From positions 2,272,001 to 2,336,000 of the forward strand of contig OZ251459.1 of the NCBI GenBank assembly GCA_965242525.1: a DNA stretch of 64,000 nucleotides, given 5' to 3'. The notes under the pieces are model-generated. The model was not told the origin of the DNA. It did no database searches and saw only the letters and a list, made by a program, of their open reading frames with translations. The translations under genes were made by a program, and so were the position numbers. This document shows positions 1 through 19,454 of the stretch, piece after piece (the stretch's first letter is position 1; each line of letters starts with the position of its first letter). Source of the DNA: an uncultured Candidatus Binatia bacterium (GTDB lineage: Bacteria > Desulfobacterota > Binatia > UBA9968 > JAJDTQ01).

Positions 1-874
<874 letters not shown>

Positions 875-902
875 GTCTCGCGCAAGTCTCGCGTAACGGC
901 GC

Positions 903-931
903 AAAAAAGGAGGCGGTTCTACCGCCTCCTT
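903..931 (-). terminator. Intrinsic terminator-like hairpin between rpsG and fusA
   Basis: Minus strand AAGGAGGCGGT-AGA-ACCGCCTCCTT followed by a T run. Confidence 0.6.
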
Positions 932-956
932 CGTCGGACCGTTCTCTGCTCGGCAA

Positions 957-1426
957 CTACCAGCGGTAATGGGCAAAGGCGCGGTTCGCCTCGGCCATCC
1001 GGTGGGTGTCGTCTTTCCTCTTGACCGCGTTGCCGCGCTGGTTGGCGGCGTCCATCAACTCCCCGGCGAGCTTCTCGTCCATGGACTTCTCGCTCCGGGC
1101 CCTGGCCGCGCCGATCAGCCAGCGCAGGCTCAGGGAGAGCCGACGGTCCTGGCGCACCTCCACCGGCACCTGGTAGGTGGCGCCCCCCACCCGCCGGGAC
1201 CGCACCTCCACCATGGGCTTGGCGTTGTCGACGGCGCGCTTGAACACGCCCAGCGGCTCGGTGGTGGTCCGGGTGGCGATGATGTCCAGGGAGCGGTACA
1301 GGATGCCCTCGGCGATGCTCTTCTTGCCCCGGCTCATCATGTTGTTGATGAACCGGGTGACGAGCTTGTCCCCGTACTTGGGTCCGGCAACAGCTCCTTG
1401 CGCCTTGTTCCACCCTTGCGCGGCAT
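957..1426 (-). CDS. rpsG: 30S ribosomal protein S7 (apparent 1-nt frameshift at ~1380, probably an assembly error)
   Basis: [16 protein letters not shown] in one frame, [21 protein letters not shown]...[12 protein letters not shown] in another; GACCCAAG where GACCCCAAG would restore the frame. Confidence 0.93.
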
Positions 1427-1431
1427 TGTCC

Positions 1432-1803
1432 CTACTTCGGCCTCTTGGCTCCGTACTTGGACCGTCCCTGGCGGCGCTCCTGCACGCCGATGGAGTCCAG
1501 GGCGCCGCGGATGATGTGGTAGCGCACCCCCGGCAGGTCCTTGACCCTGCCGCCCCGGATCAGCACCACCGAATGCTCCTGCAGGTTGTGGCCCATGCCC
1601 GGTATGTAGGAAGTCACCTCCGTGCCGTTGGTCAGGCGCACCCGGGCCACCTTGCGCAACGCGGAGTTGGGCTTCTTCGGCGTGGAAGTATAGACCCGCG
1701 TGCAGACGCCTCGCTTCTGGGGGCAGCCCTGGAGCGCCGGAGCGGCGTTCTTCTGCCGCTGGATCTCGCGCCCCTTGCGCACCAGTTGGTTGATAGTGGG
1801 CAT
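1432..1803 (-). CDS. rpsL: 30S ribosomal protein S12
   Basis: [12 protein letters not shown]...[10 protein letters not shown]...[10 protein letters not shown]. Confidence 0.99.
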   Translation of the reverse strand: MPTINQLVRKGREIQRQKNAAPALQGCPQKRGVCTRVYTSTPKKPNSALRKVARVRLTNGTEVTSYIPGMGHNLQEHSVVLIRGGRVKDLPGVRYHIIRGALDSIGVQERRQGRSKYGAKRPK

Positions 1804-1830
1804 ATTCCGTTTCCCGGTGACAAACCGCCA

Positions 1831-1859
1831 ATTCTATCGAAACTTCCGTGTGTTGTCAA
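1831..1859 (-). promoter_or_regulatory. Sigma70-type promoter for the rpsL (str) operon
   Basis: TTGACA-17 nt-TAGAAT on minus strand, 27 nt upstream of the rpsL ATG. Confidence 0.8.
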
Positions 1860-1862
1860 CCG

Positions 1863-5990
<4,128 letters not shown>

Positions 5991-6000
5991 GGGGGCCTCC

Positions 6001-10104
<4,104 letters not shown>

Positions 10105-10183
10105 GAGATCCCCTTTCGCTCGATCCCGACACGCCCGGCGCCGCCCGCCGGACCCCGCGTTCCGCCTGGGCCCGCTGCCCCGG

Positions 10184-10555
10184 CTACTTGACTTCGACCT
10201 GCCCGCCGACCTCCTCGATCTTCTTCTTGATGTCCTCGGCCTCGTCCTTGGAGACGCCGTCCTTGACGTTCTTCGGAGCGCCGTCCACCAGGTCCTTGGC
10301 CTCCTTCAGGCCCAGCCCGGTGATCTCCCGGACCACCTTGATGACCTGGATCTTCTTCTCGCCGGCGCCGGTCAGCACCGCGTCGAACTCGGTCTTCTCT
10401 TCCGCCGCGGCCGCTGCCGCCTGGGGCGCGGCCACCGCCACCGGAGCCGCGGCGCTGACCCCGAGCTCTTCCTCCAGCTCCTTGACCAGACTGGCCGCCT
10501 CCAGCAGAGACATGTTCTTGATGAAGTCCTTGACCTGCTCGCGATTCACTTCCAT
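10184..10555 (-). CDS. rplL: 50S ribosomal protein L7/L12
   Basis: [10 protein letters not shown]...[23 protein letters not shown]. Confidence 0.98.
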   Translation of the reverse strand: MEVNREQVKDFIKNMSLLEAASLVKELEEELGVSAAAPVAVAAPQAAAAAAEEKTEFDAVLTGAGEKKIQVIKVVREITGLGLKEAKDLVDGAPKNVKDGVSKDEAEDIKKKIEEVGGQVEVK

Positions 10556-10594
10556 TGGCGAACTCCCCCTTCCACTCGAATTACGAGACCTGAC

Positions 10595-11110
10595 CTACTC
10601 CTTGCCCTTCCGCAGCGTCTCCAGCAGGCGCGCCAGTCGGGCCCCCGGCTCCTGGACGGTGCGCAGCAACCGGCTGGCCGGGGCTTGCAGCAACGAAAGG
10701 ACCTGCGCCTGCATCTCGGGCAGGCTCGGCAGCGTGGCCAGGTCCCTGACCGCCACCGGCTCCAGCAGCGCGCCGTCGAGGATCGCCCCCTTGATGGTCA
10801 ACTCGGCGTTCTGCTCCGCGAACTTCACCAGGGCCTTCGACAGGTTCACCGGGTCGTCGTAGGCGAACGCCCAACCGTTGGGGCCGGACAGGAAGTCCTC
10901 CAGCGCCTGGTGCGCGGTGTCCCGGATGGCCAGCCTGACCAGGTTGTTCTTGGCGATGCGGTACTCTCCGGCCGCCTCGCGGACGTCGCGCCGGAGCTGC
11001 GTCATCTTGCCCACGGACAGGCCGCTGTAGTCCGTCACCACCGTCATGGCGGCGGTCCGGAACCGGTCCCGGAACTCGCCCACCACCGCCGTCTTTGCCT
11101 GTCGGTCCAC
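10595..11110 (-). CDS. rplJ: 50S ribosomal protein L10
   Basis: DYSGLSVG..LRR..KNNLVRLA..LATLPS; synteny. Confidence 0.96.
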   Translation of the reverse strand: MDRQAKTAVVGEFRDRFRTAAMTVVTDYSGLSVGKMTQLRRDVREAAGEYRIAKNNLVRLAIRDTAHQALEDFLSGPNGWAFAYDDPVNLSKALVKFAEQNAELTIKGAILDGALLEPVAVRDLATLPSLPEMQAQVLSLLQAPASRLLRTVQEPGARLARLLETLRKGKE

Positions 11111-11139
11111 GCTGCTCTCCCGTCAACCCGAAAGTCGCC

Positions 11140-11844
11140 TCACACCGCCATGACCCGGACCTCCGCGGGATCGATCCTGACCCCGGGTCCCATGGTCGCG
11201 GCGATGGCCACGCTCTTGATGTAAGCGCCCTTGGCCGCGGCCGGCTTGGCCCGCACCAGGGCGCCCACCACCGCCATGGCGTTGTCCAGCAGCGCGCCGG
11301 GCTCGAAGGAGACCTTGCCGATGGGCAGATGGACGATGCCGGCCTTGTCCACCCGGTATTCGAGCCTTCCGGCCTTGATCTCCCGGACCGCCTTGCCGAT
11401 CTCCGCGGCCACGGTGCCGGACCGGGGGTTCGGCATCAGCCCGCGAGGGCCGAGGATCTTGCCGATGCGCCCCACCGACCCCATCATGTCGGGGGTCGCC
11501 ACCACCTTGTCGAAATCGAGCCAGCCCTCGGTGATCTTCTTGATCAGCTCGTCGTTGCCCACGAAGTCCGCGCCCGCTTCCTCCGCTTCCTTCTCCTTCT
11601 CGCCCCTGGCCAGGGCCAGGACCCGGATGGGCTTGCCGAGGCCGTGGGGAAGCCCCACCGCGCCGCGGATGTTCTGGTCCGCCCGCCGCGGGTCCACCCC
11701 GAGCCGGACGGACAACTCGACGGTCTCGTCGAACTTGGCGGTGGCGGTCTCCTTGAGCACCCGTATCCCCTCTTCCAGCGGATACTTCCGGCTCCGATCG
11801 ACCTTCCCGGCCACGCCCTGGTACTTCTTGCCCTTCGCTTTCAT
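11140..11844 (-). CDS. rplA: 50S ribosomal protein L1
   Basis: [24 protein letters not shown]. Confidence 0.98.
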   Translation of the reverse strand: MKAKGKKYQGVAGKVDRSRKYPLEEGIRVLKETATAKFDETVELSVRLGVDPRRADQNIRGAVGLPHGLGKPIRVLALARGEKEKEAEEAGADFVGNDELIKKITEGWLDFDKVVATPDMMGSVGRIGKILGPRGLMPNPRSGTVAAEIGKAVREIKAGRLEYRVDKAGIVHLPIGKVSFEPGALLDNAMAVVGALVRAKPAAAKGAYIKSVAIAATMGPGVRIDPAEVRVMAV

Positions 11845-11856
11845 GGCGGCCCCCGA

Positions 11857-12279
11857 TCAGACAACCTTGAGTCCGAGGCTCCGGGCGGTGCCTTCGACGG
11901 TCTTGACCGCGGCCTCGATGCTGGCGCTGGTCAGGTCGGCCATCTTGATCCGGGCGATGTCCTGGACCTGCGCCCTGGTCACCTGGCCCACCGTGGCCTT
12001 GCCCGGCTCCTGGGCACCCTTCTCCAGCCCCGCGGCCTTCTTCAGCAACACCGCGGCCGGAGGGGTCTTGGTCACGAAGCTGAAGGTCCGGTCGGCATAG
12101 ACCGTGATGATGACCGGTATGATCATGCCGGGCTGGTTCTCGGTGGCGGCATTGAACGCCTTGCAGAACTCCATGATGTTCACGCCCCTCTGGCCCAGGG
12201 CAGGACCCACCGGCGGGCTGGGGTTCGCCTTCCCCGCGGGTATCTGCAACTTGATCTCGCCGATCACCTTCTTGGCCAT
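11857..12279 (-). CDS. rplK: 50S ribosomal protein L11
   Basis: [35 protein letters not shown]. Confidence 0.99.
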   Translation of the reverse strand: MAKKVIGEIKLQIPAGKANPSPPVGPALGQRGVNIMEFCKAFNAATENQPGMIIPVIITVYADRTFSFVTKTPPAAVLLKKAAGLEKGAQEPGKATVGQVTRAQVQDIARIKMADLTSASIEAAVKTVEGTARSLGLKVV

Positions 12280-12292
12280 GGCCCAACTCCTC

Positions 12293-12826
12293 CTAGCTAC
12301 GCTCCACCTGGATGAAGTCCAGCTCCACCGGGGTCGCCCGGCCGAAGATGCTGATGAGCACCCGCAGCTTGCCCTTGTCGGCCTTCACTTCCTCGACCAC
12401 GCCGTTGAACTCGGAGAAGGGTCCGTCGATGACCTTGATGTTCTCGCCCACCGTGAAGACCACTCGCGGCCGCGGCCGTACCGCCCCCTCCTCCATCTGC
12501 TGGGTGATGGTCCGCACCTCGTCCTCGCTGATCCACGGCGGCTGCGTGCTGCCGCCCACGAAACCGGTGACCTTGGGGGTCGATTTGACCACGTGCCAGG
12601 TCTCGTCGTCCATCTCCATCTGGACCAGCATGTAGCCGGGAAAGAACTTCCTGGACGAAGTGCGCTTCTTGCCCTTCACCAGCTCCACGACCTTCTCGGC
12701 CGGCACGAGGATCTCGCCGAACCGGTCGCCGTCGTCCTGCAACGCCTTGATCCGCTCCTCCAGAGCGGCCTTGGCCTTGTGCTCGAACCCCGCGAACGTA
12801 TGGACCACGTACCAGTTCTTTGCCAT
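12293..12826 (-). CDS. nusG: Transcription elongation/antitermination factor NusG
   Basis: [10 protein letters not shown]...FFPGY...KOW motif, [10 protein letters not shown]. Confidence 0.97.
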   Translation of the reverse strand: MAKNWYVVHTFAGFEHKAKAALEERIKALQDDGDRFGEILVPAEKVVELVKGKKRTSSRKFFPGYMLVQMEMDDETWHVVKSTPKVTGFVGGSTQPPWISEDEVRTITQQMEEGAVRPRPRVVFTVGENIKVIDGPFSEFNGVVEEVKADKGKLRVLISIFGRATPVELDFIQVERS

Positions 12827-12843
12827 GGAGACACCCGGTCGCG

Positions 12844-13056
12844 TCAGCGCAACAGCCACTGCCTGGCGTAGGAGAGCAGGAAATCGACGAGCCCGAGGTA
12901 GATGGCGAAGAAGATCACCACCAGCACCACCACCCACGTGGCCGAGAAGGTCTCCTTCCGGGTGGGCCAGTGGACCTTCTTCAACTCCTGCCACGCCTCC
13001 CGGACGAAGGCGGTCAGACGCCCCACGGACGCGAACGAGTCAGTCAGTTTGTCCAT
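12844..13056 (-). CDS. secE: Preprotein translocase subunit SecE
   Basis: ELKKVHWPTRKET plus a single TM helix; lies between tRNA-Trp and nusG. Confidence 0.95.
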   Translation of the reverse strand: MDKLTDSFASVGRLTAFVREAWQELKKVHWPTRKETFSATWVVVLVVIFFAIYLGLVDFLLSYARQWLLR

Positions 13057-13070
13057 CGTCGGCGACGAAC

Positions 13071-13147
13071 TGGCGGGTCAGGCAGGACTCGAACCTGCAA
13101 CGGCCGGATTTGGAGTCCGGTGCTCTACCAATTGGAGCTACTGACCC
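13071..13147 (-). tRNA. tRNA-Trp (CCA)
   Basis: Cloverleaf GGGTCAG...CTCCAAA...GTTCGAG...CTGACCCGCCA. Confidence 0.96.
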
Positions 13148-13159
13148 GGCTCGACGGAC

Positions 13160-13312
13160 TCAGACCCTGATTTCCTTGTGCGCCGTGTGGGTGCGGCAGC
13201 GCGCGCAGAACTTCTTGAATTCGAGCTTGTCCGTGGTCCTCTTCTTGTTCTTGCTGGTGGTGTAGTTCTTGCGCTTGCAGCGGTCGCAGGCGAGCCCAAC
13301 CAGGTCACGCAT
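13160..13312 (-). CDS. rpmG: 50S ribosomal protein L33 (Zn-ribbon form; absent from the ORF track)
   Basis: MRDLVGLACDRCKRKNYTTSKNKKRTTDKLEFKKFCARCRTHTAHKEIRV*. Confidence 0.96.
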   Translation of the reverse strand: MRDLVGLACDRCKRKNYTTSKNKKRTTDKLEFKKFCARCRTHTAHKEIRV

Positions 13313-13325
13313 CTTTCACCTCCGC

Positions 13326-14516
<1,191 letters not shown>

Positions 14517-14571
14517 CTTCTCCTCCTGTGCAATGTCTCTCGCAGTCGTTCCATCCTTCATGAACGGGGAA

Positions 14572-14644
14572 AGCCCAGGAGCGGGCTTGAACCGCCGACC
14601 TCGTCCTTACCAAGGACGTGCTCTACCGACTGAGCTACCTGGGC
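14572..14644 (-). tRNA. tRNA-Thr (GGT), CCA end not encoded
   Basis: GCCCAGG...TTGGTAA...GTTCAAG...CCTGGGCT. Confidence 0.95.
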
Positions 14645-14865
14645 ATGGGGTCCCGCGGCGAGAGCGGCCGCTGCCGGCGTCTCCCGCCCGCGGATCTGTC
14701 TTCCAACGGGTTCCGATGGCCGTACCGGCGCCCGGGGCGTGCGCTCCGCAAAGGCCCGACGAACCACCGCCCCGTCCTCCTGCCGCCGGCATCGATCCCT
14801 CCGCCGTGCCGACGGCGCGCCGCACCTTGCAGACAAGATCCCCTGGCTACCGCACCCATCGACTT

Positions 14866-14942
14866 TGGAGCGGGAAACGGGATTCGAACCCGCGACCCCG
14901 AGCTTGGAAGGCTCGTGCTCTAGCCAACTGAGCTATTCCCGC
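14866..14942 (-). tRNA. tRNA-Gly (TCC)
   Basis: GCGGGAA...CTTCCAA...TTCCCGCTCCA. Confidence 0.96.
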
Positions 14943-14979
14943 AAACGATGACTCCCGTTGCTTCGAGTCTTTCGACTGG

Positions 14980-15065
14980 TGGTGGAGAGGGGAGGATTCG
15001 AACCTCCGAAGCCGATCGGCGGCAGATTTACAGTCTGCTCCCTTTGTCCACTCGGGAACCTCTCC
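14980..15065 (-). tRNA. tRNA-Tyr (GTA)
   Basis: GGAGAGG...CTGTAAA..., long variable arm, ...CCTCTCCACCA. Confidence 0.96.
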
Positions 15066-15140
15066 CTAGCTCCCCTGATCGAGCCCCCGCGCCGAGCGAA
15101 ACGGCCCGGACGGACCTCGTTCCGGGTAGAACCCATCTCT

Positions 15141-15215
15141 TGGAGCTGGCGATAGGAATCGAACCTACAACCTGCTGATTACAAATCAGCTGCTCTACCG
15201 TTGAGCTACGCCAGC
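15141..15215 (-). tRNA. tRNA-Thr (TGT)
   Basis: GCTGGCG...TTTGTAA...CGCCAGCTCCA. Confidence 0.96.
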
Positions 15216-15327
15216 GGAGCGCCGCCGCACGATCAGGAACAAAAAGCCACACTTACCCTGTCCCTCTTTCGGAAAACAGGGCAGCCGTGGACACGTGGAC
15301 GCTTTTAAGCATTTATGGACGAGGATG

Positions 15328-16128
15328 TCAACGGGGGGAGGCCGGAACGGCGCCGATTCGCTGCCTCGTCCACTCATGGGCGAAGATTCCCCAGGCCACC
15401 CCGACGTTCAACGACCCGGTCTGACCCTGCATGGGGATGGAGACCAGGTAATCGCAACTGCGCCGGACCAACGGCCGGATGCCGCGCCCCTCCCCGCCCA
15501 GGACCACCGCCAGCTTCTCCGGGTACGCCGGACCGGAAACCTTGTCCACGGCGCGGGCGTCGAGGCCCACCAGCCAGTAGCCCTTGTCCCGCAGCGCGAG
15601 GAGCCCGCGGGAGAGGTTGGAGATACGGTAAACCTCCACGTGGTGCGCCGCTCCCGCGGACGCCTTGATCACCGTCCCGGTGACCCCCGCGGCCCGGTCC
15701 TTCGGGACCACCACGTCGCGGACCCCCATGGCCTCGGAAGTGCGCAGGATGCCGCCAAGGTTGCGCGGGTCCATCACTCCGTCCAGGAACAGCACGCAGT
15801 GGGCGGCCCCGGGAGGCGGCGCCGCCAGCAGCGCCTCGAAGGAGCCGTATGCGAACGGCGCCACCCGGGCGGCGACCCCCTGGTGCTTCGCGCCCCGGGT
15901 CAAGGCGTCCAGCGCCCGCGCATCGGTCTCCGAGACCCGGCAGCCCTCCTGCCGGGCCGCCTGCTCCACCCTGCGCAGCGCAGGACCGCGGCTGCCCGCG
16001 GCCAGCAGCACTTCGACGACGTCGCCGGGCGCCGCCCGGAGCTTTTCCAGCACGGGATGGACCCCGTGGAGCAACGCGGGGTCCCGCGGGCCGCGGCCTC
16101 GGGGGATCTGGATTGAGGAATCCATCAA
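15328..16128 (-). CDS. rlmB: 23S rRNA (Gm2251) 2'-O-methyltransferase, SpoU/TrmH family
   Basis: LDGVMDPRNLGGILRT, VLGGEGRG, IPMQGQTGSLNV; start approximate. Confidence 0.9.
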   Translation of the reverse strand: MMDSSIQIPRGRGPRDPALLHGVHPVLEKLRAAPGDVVEVLLAAGSRGPALRRVEQAARQEGCRVSETDARALDALTRGAKHQGVAARVAPFAYGSFEALLAAPPPGAAHCVLFLDGVMDPRNLGGILRTSEAMGVRDVVVPKDRAAGVTGTVIKASAGAAHHVEVYRISNLSRGLLALRDKGYWLVGLDARAVDKVSGPAYPEKLAVVLGGEGRGIRPLVRRSCDYLVSIPMQGQTGSLNVGVAWGIFAHEWTRQRIGAVPASPR

Positions 16129-16148
16129 AGAAAGCTACCATTGCCGGT

Positions 16149-17339
16149 GTGCATCGGACCTTGAGCTTCTATGTAGCCGGTCGGATCGTCCCGCCTTTCC
16201 TGGTCAGCCTGCTGGCCTTCACCCTCGTATTCCTGACCGGCCACATGCTGCGGCTCACCGAGCTCGTGGTCAGCCGCGGCGCGCCCGTGGGCCGGGTGGC
16301 GGGCCTGTTCGCCCTCGTCCTGCCGACGCTCCTGGAGACCACCCTGCCCATGGCCTTCCTGCTGGGGATACTCCACGGTTGCGGACGCCTTTCCCGGAAC
16401 GGGGAGACCCTGGCCTTCGAGGCCTGCGGCGTGGGACCCTTCCACTTCCTCGCGCCGGTGGCGCTCGTGGCGCTGCCGGTGGCGCTGCTGACCCTGGGCC
16501 TGTCGCTCTTCGTCCGCCCCGCGGCGAACCTCGCCGTGAAGGAAGAGATCCGTGCCGCGGCCCGGAGCGGGGCCGGGGCGCTGCTCAAGGAGAAGGTGTT
16601 CAACGACCTCGTTCCCGACGTGCTGATCTACGTGGACGAGGTGGTCCCCCCGGGCAACTCCTTCCGGCGCGTGCTGATCGTCGACCAGAGGGACGGGGCC
16701 GCGGAGAACTTTATCATCGGGAAAGCCGCGCTGCTACTTTCCGACGCCGAGAGCGACTCCCTGGGCTTGCGGTTGTTCGACGGCGCGGTCCACGAGCGGC
16801 GGAGGTCCGGGTTCAGCCAGACGTCGTTCCGCACCTACGACCTGCGCCTGGAACTGGACCGCCTGCTGTCGCCGCAGGAATTGGGGGCCCGGCGCCCCGA
16901 GGAGATGCCGCTGCCGCTGCTGCGCGAGGCCATCCGGTCCAAGTCCGCCCGGGGACTCGACGCCGCCCCGGAGGTCATGGAAGCGCATCGGCGGTTCGCC
17001 TTCCCGGCCGCGCCGCTGGTCTTCGCCCTGCTGGGCACCGCCATCGTCCTGGCCCCCAGCCGACCGTCGTCCGGGCGTTCCCGGGGGCTGCTCTCGTGCC
17101 TCGCCTGGCTGTTGGCCTACTACGCCCTGCTCTCGGTGGGCGCCGCCCTGGGGGAGAACGGCAAGGTCCCGCCGTGGCTCGCCCCGTGGCTGCCCAACCT
17201 GGTGGTGGGACTCACCGCGGCGTACCTGTTCGCCAGGACCCTGACCGAGACGCCATCTCCCTGGAACGCCAGGGCCGCGAACTGGCTTCGGACCCTGCGC
17301 CGGACCACCCCGGCGGGACGCGAGAGCCCGGCGAAATGA
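16149..17339 (+). CDS. lptF: LPS export ABC transporter permease LptF
   Basis: LPMAFLLGIL..GRLSRNGETLAFEACGV, periplasmic domain, WLAPWLPNL; GTG start inferred. Confidence 0.85.
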   Translation: MHRTLSFYVAGRIVPPFLVSLLAFTLVFLTGHMLRLTELVVSRGAPVGRVAGLFALVLPTLLETTLPMAFLLGILHGCGRLSRNGETLAFEACGVGPFHFLAPVALVALPVALLTLGLSLFVRPAANLAVKEEIRAAARSGAGALLKEKVFNDLVPDVLIYVDEVVPPGNSFRRVLIVDQRDGAAENFIIGKAALLLSDAESDSLGLRLFDGAVHERRRSGFSQTSFRTYDLRLELDRLLSPQELGARRPEEMPLPLLREAIRSKSARGLDAAPEVMEAHRRFAFPAAPLVFALLGTAIVLAPSRPSSGRSRGLLSCLAWLLAYYALLSVGAALGENGKVPPWLAPWLPNLVVGLTAAYLFARTLTETPSPWNARAANWLRTLRRTTPAGRESPAK

Positions 17340-18457
17340 GCTTCTCCAGGGCGCTCCTCCCCCGGGGCCCGCGGCTGGACCCTCCGCTGGGCAGCGCCGT
17401 GGACCGGTACTTGCTGCGGCGGTTCGCGGTCGCCTTCCTCGGGGCGCTGGCGGCGGCGGCGCTGCTGAACCTCCTGGGCGACGTCCTGAACCGCGTGGAC
17501 AACCTGATGGCGCAGGAGGCCGCGCTCTCCACCGCGGTCCGGTACTTCCTCTACCGGCTGCCGCTGACGGTCTCCCGGGTCATGGGCTTCGCGGCGTTGT
17601 TCGCCGCGTTCCTGACCCTGGGCTCGCTGGCCCGGCGGAACGAGCTGACGGCCCTCCAGGCCGGCGGCCTCAGCCTGCACCGCATCACCCTGCCGTTCCT
17701 GCTGGCCGCCCTGGGCGTCAGCGCCGCCGCCTTCTTCTGGAACGAGACCGTTGCGCCCTCCGCCACCCGGAAGGCCAAGCACATCTACGACGTGGAGGTG
17801 CACGAGAGGGAACGGCGGTCGGTCTTCGGCAACGACGCGATATGGATGCGGAGCAACGACGCGTTCCTGCGGGCCGACGACTTCGACGCCCGGGAGAACC
17901 GGCTCCGGGGACTGGTCCTGTACCGGCTCACCCCGGATTTCTCCTTCGCCGGGATCATCGAGACGCCCGCGGCGAGCTGGAACGGCGCCCATTGGGTCCC
18001 CCACGGAGGCGCCGAATGGCGCCTGCTGGAGGACGGCTCCCTCAGCCGACGCCCCCTCGGGGCCCGGCTGCCCCTGGACCGGCGGCCCAAGGACTTCCGG
18101 GTCTTCGCCCGCTCGCCCGACGAGTTCGGCTACTTCGAGCTGAGGGAACGGATCGGGAACCTGCAGGACAAAGGCGTGGACACGGTGCGCGACCAGGTGG
18201 ACCTGTACACCAAGCTGGCCATACCGCTGGCCATGCCGTTCACCGTCCTCCTGGCCGCGGCCTTCGCGGTGAAGCGAAGGGGCGGTCTCGCGCTGAACTT
18301 CGCCCTGACCCTGGCCATCGGGTTCTCCTACTGGGTGCTGCTGGGCTTCTGCGTGTCGCTGGGCAAGGCGGGAGCCATGCCCCCCTGGCTTTCGGCCTGG
18401 CTGGCCAACGTGATCGTGGGGTTGCTGAGCCTGTTCCTGTACACGGGCTCGGAGTGA
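17336..18457 (+). CDS. lptG: LPS export ABC transporter permease LptG
   Basis: LARRNELTALQAGGLS, PPWLSAWLAN; ATGA overlap with lptF. Confidence 0.85.
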   Translation: MSFSRALLPRGPRLDPPLGSAVDRYLLRRFAVAFLGALAAAALLNLLGDVLNRVDNLMAQEAALSTAVRYFLYRLPLTVSRVMGFAALFAAFLTLGSLARRNELTALQAGGLSLHRITLPFLLAALGVSAAAFFWNETVAPSATRKAKHIYDVEVHERERRSVFGNDAIWMRSNDAFLRADDFDARENRLRGLVLYRLTPDFSFAGIIETPAASWNGAHWVPHGGAEWRLLEDGSLSRRPLGARLPLDRRPKDFRVFARSPDEFGYFELRERIGNLQDKGVDTVRDQVDLYTKLAIPLAMPFTVLLAAAFAVKRRGGLALNFALTLAIGFSYWVLLGFCVSLGKAGAMPPWLSAWLANVIVGLLSLFLYTGSE

Positions 18458-18482
18458 ACGGTGTGGGCGGTCGAACTGGGGA

Positions 18483-18875
18483 TCAGCGCTTGGAGAACTG
18501 CGGCCGCTTCCGCGCCTTGTGCTTGCCGTACTTCTTGCGTTCCACCGCCCGGGGGTCCCGGGTGACGTAACCCGCCTTCTTCAGGGGAGCGCGGAAGCCC
18601 TGGTCCACTTGCATCAGGGCCCGCGTGATCCCGTGCCGGATGGCGCCGGCCTGGCCGGAAATCCCGCCGCCCTTGACGTTCACGACGATGTCGTAGTCCC
18701 CCAGAGTGCGGGTCACGTGGAAGGGCTGCCGGACGATCATCCTCGCGGTCTCACGACCGAAGTAGTCTTCCAGCACCCGGTGGTTGATGCGGATGTCGCC
18801 CTTGCCGCGCTTCAGGTAGATCCGCGCCACCGAGGTTTTCCGTCTGCCCGTCGCGCAAATGAACTCGTCAGCCAT
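18483..18875 (-). CDS. rpsI: 30S ribosomal protein S9
   Basis: [11 protein letters not shown]...[14 protein letters not shown]...PQFSKR. Confidence 0.98.
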   Translation of the reverse strand: MADEFICATGRRKTSVARIYLKRGKGDIRINHRVLEDYFGRETARMIVRQPFHVTRTLGDYDIVVNVKGGGISGQAGAIRHGITRALMQVDQGFRAPLKKAGYVTRDPRAVERKKYGKHKARKRPQFSKR

Positions 18876-18886
18876 GACGTCGACCT

Positions 18887-19327
18887 CTACCCTGCGATGG
18901 CGAGCGGCTCGGGCGTCTGCGCTCCATGGGGGTGCTCCGGGCCGCCGTAAACCTTCAGCTTGCCGAGCTGGCCCCTCCCGAGCCGGTTCCTGGGAAGCAT
19001 GCCCTTCACCGCCAACCGCACCACCGCCTCCGGTTTCCTGGCGCGCATCTCGGACAGGCGCGTCTCCCGCAGCCCTCCCGGATAGCCGGTATGGCGGTAG
19101 TAGCGCTTGTCGCTTTCCTTCGCTCCGGTCACCTTGACCCGCTTGGCGTTCACCACTATGACGAAATCGCCCGCGTCCACATGCGGGCTGAAGGACGGCT
19201 TGTGCTTGCCGCGCAGGACCCTGGCGATCTCGGTGGCCATCCGTCCGAGGACCTTGTCCTCGGCGTCGATGATGTACCACCGCCGCTGGGCCAGCGCCTC
19301 CTCCTTCGTCATCTGAACCGTACGCAT
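18887..19327 (-). CDS. rplM: 50S ribosomal protein L13
   Basis: WYIIDA..LGRMA..LRGKHKP..HTGYPGG. Confidence 0.98.
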   Translation of the reverse strand: MRTVQMTKEEALAQRRWYIIDAEDKVLGRMATEIARVLRGKHKPSFSPHVDAGDFVIVVNAKRVKVTGAKESDKRYYRHTGYPGGLRETRLSEMRARKPEAVVRLAVKGMLPRNRLGRGQLGKLKVYGGPEHPHGAQTPEPLAIAG

Positions 19328-19354
19328 GCCGCTCCCCTGCGTCCGAGCATCGCT

Positions 19355-19431
19355 TGGCGGGGCCGACGAGACTCGAACTCGCGACCTCCGGCGTGACAGG
19401 CCGGCGTTCTAACCAGCTGAACTACGGCCCC
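19355..19431 (-). tRNA. tRNA-Asp (GTC)
   Basis: GGGGCCG...CTGTCAC...CGGCCCCGCCA. Confidence 0.96.
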
Positions 19432-19454
19432 GTGCGAATGGGGAACCATAACGG

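Noticed and set aside
11111-11139. No room for an L10-leader RNA upstream of rplJ
   Set aside because: Absence of this leader occurs in many lineages and is uninformative alone
14645-14865. GC-rich hairpins in the tRNA spacer as a possible ncRNA
   Set aside because: Pairing is expected at this GC level; no distinctive motif
15665-18457. 930-aa ORF suggesting an LptF-LptG fusion
   Set aside because: LptF and LptG are in different frames with an ATGA overlap; the extension is a shadow frame
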